The notes below the pieces were generated by a model that did no database searches, was not told where the DNA came from, and was given only the letters and a program-made list of their open reading frames with translations. This document shows positions 54,241 to 64,000 of a DNA stretch of 64,000 nucleotides, one piece after another. Source of the stretch: Malacoraja senta (Eukaryota). How positions within the stretch are numbered: the first letter of the stretch is position 1; every line of letters begins with the position of its first letter. The translations under genes and the position numbers were made by a program. Location of the stretch: assembly GCA_038087875.1 (NCBI GenBank), contig CM075978.1, positions 24,986,001 to 25,050,000 on the forward strand. Reading direction: 5' to 3'.

Positions 54241-54686
54241 TGCAAAGAAACAATCGTGTTTTGAGCACGAATCATGATTTATTTTTCGGATAAGCTGGAA
54301 GAGAGTTTGGATATTTTTGGCCATATATTTAATTGTACAAATAGAATGTTCATGATATTTCATGTTTAATTGTGATAGTACAGTTTTCATAATTCTGCAA
54401 CCCCACACAAGCATCCCATTTTTATTTGTCAGACATTGCTATCACAATTTTAAGAATGCTTCAATTAGAGGTAATTATAAGTATAGAAACAAGGATCTGC
54501 TGATGCTGGTTGACAAAAAAGACACAAAGTGCTGGAGTAACTCTGCAGGTCATGCTCAATTTATGTATGTTCTTGAAAAATAGTTATTATTTCTATATTT
54601 GATGACATATTTCATGAGTGGGACCTGTCTACAGTATGCAGACAAGATTTTTTATTCATGACTATTTCCAATTACCTTTTTCCAAT

Positions 54687-55236
54687 GTGTAGGAAGGAAC
54701 TGCAGATGCTGGTTTAAACCGAAGATAGACGCAAAAAGCTGGAGTAAGTCAGTGGGACAGGCAGCATCCCTGGAGAGAGGGAATGGGTGATTTTTCGGGT
54801 TGAGCCATCTTCAGTCTGAAGAACGGTCTCAACCCATGTGAGGAATGTGGAATCCACTGTGATGGATGTTTGTGTTAACTTTTATGTGGTTGTGTGTCTT
54901 GTTAGATAGAGCTTTTAAAGATAGCGGTCAGGGTATATGGGGAGAAGGCATGAACAGGGTACTGATTGTGGATGATCAGCCATGATCACATTGAATGGTG
55001 GTGCAGGCTGGAAGGGCCGAATGGCCTACTCCTGCATCTATTGTCTATTCTCAATTGTCTATTGTTGCTTTTCACTTAGTATGGGTGTATGGTAACTCAA
55101 ATGTCACTATACCTTAATTGGTACATGTGACAATAAACTGACCTTGACCTTGAAATCTTGACCCGAAACGACACCCATTCCTACTCTCCAGAGATGCTGC
55201 CTGTCCCGCTGAGTTACCCCAGCTTTTTGTGTCTAT
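54687..55236. mobile_element. Palindromic Penelope-derived element with nested LINE-tail (54836-55155) and CR1-tail (about 54904-55065) insertions
   Basis: Inverted arms. Outer direct repeat CTTTTTCCAAT (54676-54686 and 55237-55247). Inner direct repeat TCTCAACCC/TCTTGACCC (54827-54835 and 55156-55164). Confidence 0.85.
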
Positions 55237-57345
55237 CTTTTTCCAATTATGTCTTTGGTCAGATAATGTGAATGTGCCTCAACTAACAATTTCAATTAGT
55301 TGTTGAACTATGCATATACAGCATGAGAAAATCTTGCCATCTATTCATCAAAGGCAGAATATACACGCATATTGTTTTTCAATAAAACATTTGCATCTTG
55401 TATACTTGAGCCTCAAAATTAACTTCTTATAGCTTGCATTCAACTAGTTCCCATTCACTATGCTTATCATTGATCTTGCCAATTAAATGTAGAGGGAATC
55501 AATATCTTTATCTGTTTCCTCCAAAAGAATTCCAGGAAATTATTTAAAATAAATTTAATGCAACAGAACAAAATGCACATTTGCAAGCAGTACATCGATT
55601 ATAATTTGGAGCTTAATCCATTTTGACTTTGCAAAATATGGCAAACAAGAATTGCAACAAAATTAAAAGTTTAAAGATAAAGGAAGTGTGATTTTCCTTT
55701 ATCAATGTGAATGTGTAAAGTATTTTCACAAAAATAAAGTCTGCAATAATATTTTGCTCCAATATTGTCTATGCTATGCAGTAATAATATTTTCTGAAGC
55801 ATCTCAGACATTGAAAATGCCTTAAACAACAGGTTATTGTATTTCAATATAAATTTTACAATTATAAATTATCGTTATGAGACCATCTTACTTTGGTGGC
55901 CAATGGACAAAAGCATCTGAATGTGGCAATATATTATGTTTTTTTGAAATTACATCAGTGTTGCAAATTCTAGGATGAAATTATTGCATTAATAATCTAA
56001 CACTTGAATAAACTGAACCAATAAATTATTTTAATCATACATGAAAAGATAGTTCAATTATTCAGAATATAATAAACAATTTTCAATGTAAATGCCAAAT
56101 ACTCTATTGTTTCCATAGGCTTAACAGGAACTAAAAACAACTCAATTGAATCATACAAAACTATTTACTCATTAGCTTCTTATGTTCCTGCATACTACTG
56201 CAATCACACTTCACTCTGGTACTTTAGATGTTTGCACATTTTTGCTAAATTATGTTCACCATGTACATGTAATATCAAACACTTCTTGATACTATTTGAC
56301 AAAATGGAATTTTGAATCTTTTATACTTTGTTCAGATTTACAACCCCTTTTCTATTTGTCCAGTTAGCCCACCAGAAGTACTACTATATTATCCTAAAAT
56401 ATTTTATATTATGAAAGTGTCATTATTTTATTTTATTTACAATATTTATTGCAGGTAATATGTTCACTTTATTTTCAAGTAAATTAAATCTCTTAGGAAT
56501 TATATGAAAACTACTTGATTGAACACTATATTAAGGAACAATTATATCCTACCTCTCCCCTTTCTATATGGTTATATTTTATTATATATCAGATGGATTT
56601 GGACACTGGCTTTTTATGGAATTCATTTTAACAACTTGCTCATTTTATGTTACAGTATTTAACTTCATGATGACAGCGATATTTAAGTATTTTTCAAAGG
56701 GAACAGGGTTTGATTTCTAATTTAAAAAAGTTAGAACTAATTAAAATGTCTCTTGGAAATGTACGTAGATAAGTTCATTGTTCTCTCCTGAAACTATTTC
56801 GATGTGCAATCCCAGGTTATTATTATATATTGTTCTTGACTGTACTTTGTTGTTATTTTGTGTAGAAGCTGACTATTTACTATTGCCAAATAGTGCAACT
56901 GCCCTATCAATCTATTTTAAAAGTCTACAATTGCTCCTGTGTTACTGATTGAAACAAGTTTCTCTGATGTTAAAAGTAATCATATATTATGCCTTAACCA
57001 TTGTCAATCATAAATTGTTCCCATGCCAATTATTGTTTAGCATTGTTCAGGTTATCTCTACATTGTTCACTATTCCAGATTGTCCTCATTGGTTTAAATC
57101 CATGCATTCAAACATTTAATAATAAATACAATACATCTTTTTAAAAGTGTGATTTGCAGGTGAACAATTATAACATTTTCAGTTATGGACATTGTGGGAA
57201 ACAAGGGATGAAATTGCTTTGGCTCTGACAGAGATTGCTGTATCTTCATTATATACGGTTGAGGTACCAGTAGACTAAGAAGTGGCTAATGCTGTGTTTT
57301 GTTTAAGAATGGCTACAAGGACAAGACAGGGAACTAAGATATGGT

Positions 57346-57522
57346 AAAGGGGCTGTCCCACTGCGGCGACCTAATTGGCGAGTTTAGAAGAGTTTAGGAG
57401 AGTTTGAAAAAGTGTCATGTTGAAGACCTCCTTTGACTATGTAGAAGACCTCCTTCAACCTCCTTCGACTATGTTGAAGACTAGCTTCGTCTAGCTTCGG
57501 GAAAATTGGACACCGAATAGTG
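57346..57522. mobile_element. One end of a probable PIF/Harbinger-type MITE
   Basis: TAA-AGGGGCTGTCCCACT terminus followed by CpG-containing internal short repeats (GAAGACCTCCTT.GACTATGT). No partner end was found in the window. Confidence 0.5.
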
Positions 57523-57588
57523 CAAAACCACTAACTTTTGTATCATCAGCAAACTTGCTAATCTTGCCCTGTATGTTCCCATCCAAAT

Positions 57589-58225
57589 TGTTCACGACAA
57601 CATACATGGCGAAAGATTAATCTTTATTCCATAAGTAATCCGGAACATTTAAACTGCCAGCCGTTCATATCCAGCTCGGCATGGCTTCTGAGAGCCGGCT
57701 GACCTTGTTAGTGTAAAACCGTGTAGTACCGTAATACCACGTAATGGGTGGCATGCATATATGTGTAGTGGAGATTATAAATGGCATGGATTAATAAGGG
57801 TAAATCTTCTTCCTTCCTCTTAAAGAAGCAAAGCATATATAGAGTGGTTAGTGGAGCATATTGTAAAACTAGTATAAGGTGTGTGCATTTCTTATTTTAC
57901 TTGTACATGCTTGTGCATATGTGAGCACATAAAACAAAATGAGTCATGCACAGTTCAAGTATAGCCAGTGAACGTTCCAATCAGTGGGTTTGGCTTGCAG
58001 ACACGACCTGCACGTGTATGGTAGAACCCCTCATGCGCCTCATCTTTCTCTGAGGGAGCAAGTCCCTTATCGGGTGAACGCGGAGGAAAAGACATTGGTG
58101 GAGATGGGGGCACCGGGGAAGGCAGGGATGGCGCCGGCACTGGTAGAGGAATCGCTGGAGTGGCATTCGTGGAGCATGAGGGAAGTACAGGCTGGTCAGG
58201 GTAAGGATGTGGAGATGCCGGTTCA
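57589..58225 (-). mobile_element. Gypsy-type LTR retrotransposon 3' remnant (pol tail, PPT, 3' LTR)
   Basis: ORF 57955-58140 ends in a Pro-rich stretch and YHTRAGRVCKP (a TRSGR-type integrase tail). Polypurine tract TTAAGAGGAAGGAAGAAGA at about 57823-57805. The LTR (57804-57589) has AATAAA and a terminal CA, but its 5' TG is mutated. Confidence 0.65.
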
Positions 58226-58445
58226 TTGGATGTCAGTGGATGAGTTGGGCTGAAGGGCCTGTCTCTCCATTGTATAACTCCACGGCTCTTTTTGCTGATT
58301 ATTCATTAGTACAGATGTCAGAGGTTATGGGGGAAGGCAGGAGAATGGGGTTAGGAGGGAGAGATAGATCAGTCATGATTGAATGGTGAAGTAGACTTGA
58401 TGGGCCAAATGGCCTAATTCTGCTCCTATCACTTAGGATCTTATG
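58226..58445 (+). mobile_element. Two adjacent CR1 3' tails
   Basis: TTGGGCTGAAGGGCCTGT...; then GGTTATGGGGGAAGGCAGGAGAATGG...GATGGGCCAAATGGCCTAATTCTGCTCCTAT. Confidence 0.75.
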
Positions 58446-59304
58446 AACACTTCATACATAAGTTCAATTGGATATTACTTGAATTTATAGTAAATGTGTT
58501 TTTTATCAATTTTACATTATTTCTGTGACATAATACATCCCATGATCATGTATGTACAAATCTTCCTGTGTTAAGTTGGCCTCTCAAAGAACCTTTGCAA
58601 TGATTCTTTTGCAGATAGACCTGGATTGACAGTAGTTGTAAATTAAGCATGCATTTTTGTCAGACTGGATGGTGCTGTGCAGACTCACCATCTGCCTTGC
58701 CTTTGCTGTACGCAGAGTGCTGAATGAGTTAACTCTCTGCACCAAAGAGGCAACAGGGACACAAGTGGAATATCACTTACCTTCCATTCCAGAATCCCCT
58801 GATCATTTTTGACAATGGTTTAACTGGCAAGCACACAGCTGCATTTAACTAAAAACAGGATGAGAAATGGAGTTGATAATTCAGGTTGGTTCCTCTTCTC
58901 CCACCACAGATGCTGCCTGACCCCTTCAGTATCTCCAGCATTTCCTTTTTTATTTCAGATTTTCAGCATCTAGACTTTTTTGTTTTTAGCTTAACTTTTC
59001 CTATAAATTTCTTTTGTATGAATTGTTGTCACACACTTCTGTTGTATTATTTTTATTATCAAATGTTTATCCATGAGGTTAAATGACTCACAAATTGTTA
59101 TAATACGGTTCATTGCAACATATTGTTCTAGAGGTTCTAACATATGTTAGCAATTCTAACATATTGTTCTAACATTCACTGAACTCACTACTTGTGATGT
59201 TGGAATTTAGAACACAATCCGTATTTTCATTGCCACAAATTGATCCTCCAACGATCAAGGTAAGAAACTGTGCTGAGGTTTTTCAGTCATGGTATAATTC
59301 TATT

Positions 59305-59605
59305 CTGTGAATGTTTTCTCAGGGTGGAGGATTCTAAGACTGCAGGGCGTAGGCTTAAGATGAGAAGAGAGATATTTAAGAGAGACCTGAGGGACAATTT
59401 TTCCACTCAAAAGTAGTCTGTATCTGGCATGAGCTTCGAGAGGAAGTTGCAGAAGCAGATACCATGACGACTTTTAAAAGACATTTGGACAGATATATAG
59501 ATATGAATGATTCAGAGAGCTAGGAGCCAACTGCAGACAAAGTAGCCCATGGAATAGGTGGGACAAAGGACATGTTTCTGTGCTTTACAACTCTATAACT
59601 CTATG
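59305..59605 (+). mobile_element. CR1 LINE 3' fragment, degenerate
   Basis: AGAGACCTGAGGGACAATTTTTCCACTCA...TTTAAAAGACATTTGGACAG...(ACTCTAT)n tail. Confidence 0.75.
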
Positions 59606-60527
59606 TTCATAGTTACAGACTGATGTTAGAGTATTCCTAGTTACAGTTTGATATAGCAGCATCTGGATTGGTGCAATGCTGTACAATGCCACACTTCAAT
59701 CTTACACTACTTATAGTCACAGATTATTGTTATAATATTTATGTGCAGGTTTGTCCTCCACAGCACATGCTCACAGACTGATACTCCATTCTCATGAATG
59801 TTTCTAGAGAACCTATTTTCACAGTTTTATCCCACAAATTACATTGTCACATATTGCAACCAGACTGCACAAAGTCACAAATTGAGAAGATTGATCCAAT
59901 GCTGTATGTAGTTAACAAAAGATCCTACGCCATGTACAAACCCAGTCAACAAGGAATCCTAAGGTGTGTACCTTCTAAAGTTGACTTGGGGATATTCATA
60001 CTGGTCGATTAATCTTACATTGAACAGAGCCATGGGTTAATTTGGCATTGTGTGCAGTCTAAAATGAGTATTATAATGTACCAAGTAACAATTGATGCAG
60101 AAATAATTCACACCATACATAGTCACAATGATTATACGCCTTCATTGTCATAGACTGATCATATGGTGTTTACATTTCCCTACTGTGACAGTATCTGCAG
60201 CATTCTTAGTCAAAGATTGATCCACAATGCATGTTGTTGCAATTGATCCACTGCTGTTCTTAGTGATCTTAAATGTGCATCGAGTAAGAAATTATCTTAA
60301 ATTGACAAATTATTGAGTATTCTGGACCACACTGTTTAAAGGGTTGCTTGGTTGCTTGGTTGATCTAACTACACAGTCGCAGACTGACTTTACACAGAAT
60401 AGAGCCTCAGTTAGATCTGATGCTAATTCTTGTCAAAGATGAGCCGTGTTTTATATACATTGTCTCCGATACATGTAAAGACATTCAGGACTAAGATGAA
60501 GAGAACAGAAGCAATGGAGACCACTGG

Positions 60528-60828
60528 AGCAGCAGAACGTCTCACAGATACAGAGTCCCGGGTTTAATCCTGACCTCGGGAGTTGTCTGTGTGGAGTATC
60601 TAAGTTCTGCCTGTGACTGCATGGGTTCCCTCTGGGTGCTCCGTTTCCTTTCACATCCCAAGGACGTGTGGGTTTTGTAGGTTGATTGGCCTCTGTAAAT
60701 TGCCACTAGTGCATAGGGAATGGATGAGAAAGTGAGTTAACATAGAACTCATGTGGACGGGTGATCGGGTTGGTGTGATGGGTGGTGTGGACTCAGTGGG
60801 CCAAAAGGCCTGTTTCCATGTTGTATCG
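60528..60828 (+). mobile_element. HE1/V-SINE-like tRNA-derived SINE
   Basis: B-box-like CCCGGGTTTAATCCTGACC. V-domain core TGTCTGTGTGGAGT...TGGGT..CCTCTGGGTGCTCCG.TTTCCT..CACATCCCAA. CR1-derived tail GTGGGCCAAAAGGCCTGTTTCC. Confidence 0.85.
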
Positions 60829-61536
60829 ACCCTACACTGGACATGGTCACAGATTAGTCCAACAGTCTTCACACCTGCAGGTGGATCTTCAAATATACAT
60901 CAATACCCAATCATCTTGCACTTTGTAAACTCAACATTTGATCTTGGACTGCTCACGTTCACGTTGAAGTTACTCTGTGCATAGTGACAGATTTGATTCA
61001 TCATTACAGTTCAGCCCATGCATTTCACAGAGATGCAAATTGATCCTAGACTATACAGTTACAGGTTGACTCCATACTCTGGTCACACATTGCTCATTAT
61101 CACAATGACCCTCCAATATATATAGCTGAACATTAACACTATACCACATGTGGCCACGGACTGATATCACGTGTCATTGATCCTAGGTCATTTGTAGTCA
61201 CAGATTGATGCTGTACTGTGTGCGGACAGAGTGACATACTGATCGTATGGTATTCACAGTGATAGACTGATCCTATAGTATTCACGGTGATAGACTGATC
61301 CTACAATATTCATGGTGACCGATTGACCGTACAGTATTCATAGTAACAGATTGATCAGACTGTATTCCTGGTGACAGACTGATGATATGGTATTCCTCAT
61401 AACAGACTGATCATACAGTATTCACTGTGACAGACTTCATACAGTATTCACTGTGATAGGCTGATAGTACGCTATTCACAGAGACAGATTGATGGTACAA
61501 TAAACACGGTGACAGACTGATCATATGGTATTCATG

Positions 61537-61768
61537 GAAGGTAGACAAAAAATGCTGGAGAAACTCAGCGTGTGAGGCAGCATCTATGGAGAGAAGGAAT
61601 AGGCGACCTTTTGGGACGAGACCCTTCTTCAGACTTCAGTCTGAAGAAGGGTCTCGACCCGAAACGTCGCCAATTCCTTCTCTCCATAGATGCTGCCTCA
61701 CCCGCTGAGTTTCTCCAGTATTTTTTATCTACCTTCGATTTTTCCAGCATCTGCAGTTCTTTCTTAAA
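61537..61768. mobile_element. Palindromic Penelope-derived element (two 99-bp inverted arms) with intact plus-strand hammerhead-like core
   Basis: Arms at 61537-61635 and 61638-61736. Core CTGAAGAAGGGTCTCGACCCGAAACGTC at 61641-61668. Flanking direct repeat CATATGGTATTC (61522-61533 and 61769-61780). Confidence 0.9.
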
Positions 61769-61855
61769 CATATGGTATTCCGGGTGACAGGTTGATCGCA
61801 CGGTATATACTGTGACAGACTGATGGCACAGTATTCACAATGACAGATTGATCCT

Positions 61856-62867
61856 CAATAACCATCAGCACTGGGGCACCTAAAAGATGTAAACTCTGTC
61901 CCCTGCTCTACTCACTCTATACCCATGACTGTAGCCAGACACAGTCCCAACTCCACCTTTAAATTCGCCAACAACATCTCTGTTATTGGACAAATTAAAG
62001 ATAATGATGTCAGAGTACAGGAGTGAGATTGATTGGCTGACTGAATGGTGCCTGAACAACAACCTTGATCTCAACATCAGTAACACTAAGGAATTAATTG
62101 CTGAATTTAGAAGAGGAAGACTGAGGTTCCACAAATCTGTCTTCGTTAATGGGCTGGTGGTGGAGAGAGTCAAAAACGTCAAGTTCCTGGTTGTGGATAT
62201 CTCTGAAGACCCTGTCCTGGACCCAGCACATTGATGCAATCATAAAGAAAGGTCATCAACACCTCTACTTCCTTAGAAGATTCAGGAGATTTGGTATGTT
62301 GATGAATACTCTCTTGAACATCTACAGGTGTACGGTAGAGGGCATAATGACCGGTTGTATCACGACTTGGTTTGGCAACTCAAACGCCCAGGAATGAAGG
62401 AGATTACAAAAAAGTGGTGAACACTGGCGGTCCATCAAGGGTACTGACCTTCCCCACCATTGAAATGATCTATAAGAGGCACTGTCTCAAAAAGGTAGCC
62501 AATATCATCAAGGACCCACCACCACGCTCTCATTTCACTCTTGCAATTGGGAAGAAGGTATAGGAGTCTGAAAACAGTAACATCCAGGTTCAGGAACAGC
62601 TTCTTCCTAACAACCATCAGGCTATTGAACACAACGAACTCCAATTAAACTCTGAACCACGAACTGCCTGGGTTGCACTAGAGACCTTCAGCTTTGTTTT
62701 TGTTTTTAAACTCTATTGGGTTTTTCATTTATTGAACTTGTTTTTTTTGTTTGATTATTACATTATCTATTGAATACTGTGTTTACAAACCAATTGTACT
62801 GCTGCTGCAAGAATTTCATTGTTCCATTTCGACGCGTATGACAATGAAACACTCTTGACTCTTGACT
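61856..62867 (+). mobile_element. Rex1/Babar LINE 3' ~1 kb (decayed reverse transcriptase)
   Basis: Remnants STGAP..C.L.PLLYSLYTHDC, YRSEIDWLTEWCLNNNLDLNISNTKELI, LSWTQHIDAIIKKGHQHLYFLRR. Ends in a (CTCTTGA)n tail. Confidence 0.9.
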
Positions 62868-63187
62868 GTACAGTATTGCCAGTGACAGATTACTGTCCGG
62901 TATTATTGATGACAGATTGATTGTACATTTTTCATGGGTACACTGATCTTACGATATTCACGGTTACAGATCAGTCTTATGGTATTCACGGTGACAGACT
63001 GGTCATATGTTATTGACGGTGACAGTCTAATATACTGTATTTAATGTAACAAATTGATCACAGATTATTTAAGGTGACATTGGTTGTACGGTATTCACGA
63101 TGACTGCATAATCTTAATGGTATTCACTGTGATCGATTGATTATAGATTATTTATGGTGCCAGATTGATCGGAGAGTATTAAAATCA

Positions 63188-64000
63188 CAGTCATGCAGCA
63201 TGAGAACAGGCCCGTCGGCCCAACTTGCCCATGTCGACCAAGATGCCCCATTTACACTAGTCCCACCTATTCGCGTATGACCTATATCCATCTAAACCTT
63301 TCCTTTATACAGTATGTACCTGTCCAAATGTTTTTTAAATGTTGTTATAGTACCTGCTCAACTACCTCCTCTGGCTGCGGGTTCCATATCTCCACCAACC
63401 TGTGTGAAAAATATGCCCCTGAAGTTCCTATTAAATCTTTCCCCTCTCACCTTAAACCTTTGTCTTCCGTTTCTTGATACCCTACTCTGGGGAAATGATT
63501 GTGCAGCTACCCTATATATTCCACTCATGATTTTATACACCTCTATAAGATTGCTCCACCTCCTCCTGTGCTCCAAGAAATAAAGTCCTAGCCTGCCCAA
63601 CCTCTCCTTGTGCTCAGACACTCAAGTTCTGGCAACATCCTCGTAAATCTTCCCTGCACCCTTTCCTACCTAAGGGGAAAGAAAATATCAAGCATCTTTC
63701 CTATTGCAAAGTTACAAAAACTGAAAACAATATTCCAAATGCAGCCTCACCAACGTCTCGTATAAGTGTAATATAACATCCCAACTCTATACTCAATACC
63801 CTGACAGATGAAGGTCAATGTACCGAAAGCCTTCTTGACCCTCCCTATCTCCCTGTGACACCACTTTCAAGGAACTATGTACTTGCCATCCTAGATCCCT
63901 CTGCTCTACACCACTCCCTAAGGCCCTGCCATTCACTATGAAGGACCTGCCCTGGTTTGACTTTCCAAAATGCAGCACCTCGCATTTATCTGCATTAAAC
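63188..64000 (-). mobile_element. CR1 LINE 3' part, running off the window end
   Basis: ORFs LHFGKSNQGR...EQRDLG.QVHSSLK and ERLGRLGLYFLEHRRRWSNLIEVYKIM. Confidence 0.9.

Larger units (their letters stand above)
61230..63180. repeat. 28-bp minisatellite (consensus about GTGACAGACTGATCATACAGTATTCACG), interrupted by two insertions
   Basis: Clear 28-bp phase at 61261-61533, resuming at 61781-61855 and 62868-63180. More degenerate related units extend back to about 59600. Confidence 0.88.

Noticed and set aside
60528-60600. Possible tRNA gene
   Set aside because: Only a decayed B-box in a SINE head; no cloverleaf.
61230-61860. CRISPR-like appearance of ~28-bp repeats
   Set aside because: The units are contiguous and degenerate with no unique spacers, no cas genes are present, and the context is vertebrate. 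It is a minisatellite.

Overview
This is vertebrate genomic DNA, not prokaryotic. The repeat content (HE1/V-SINE-like SINE, HER1-like CR1 LINEs, Penelope-derived short elements) points to a cartilaginous fish, probably a skate or ray; this is inferred from repeat families only. The only protein-coding gene is the homeobox gene Otx2 on the minus strand: three coding exons at 39325-39421, 38750-38901 and 37447-38070, giving 290 aa. Candidate proximal, intermediate and distal promoters/non-coding first exons lie at about 39.5-43.8 kb. Otx2 sits in a roughly 25 kb transposon-poor domain (about 27.6-53 kb) that is AT-rich but retains CpG; the flanks are CpG-depleted and transposon-rich. The flanks hold CR1, Rex1/Babar, RTE and L1/Tx1 LINE fragments, two LTR-element remnants, a non-autonomous Helitron, a Harbinger-like end, a 1644-bp near-identical tandem duplication and a 28-bp minisatellite. 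The most interesting non-genic signal is a dispersed family of ~100-230-bp Penelope-derived elements, several with target-site duplications, that carry a minimal hammerhead-ribozyme-like core (CTGAAGA-A-stem II-GAAACGTC). Almost all other ORFs in the track are transposon fragments or chance ORFs. All comparisons were made by eye; no database searches were run.
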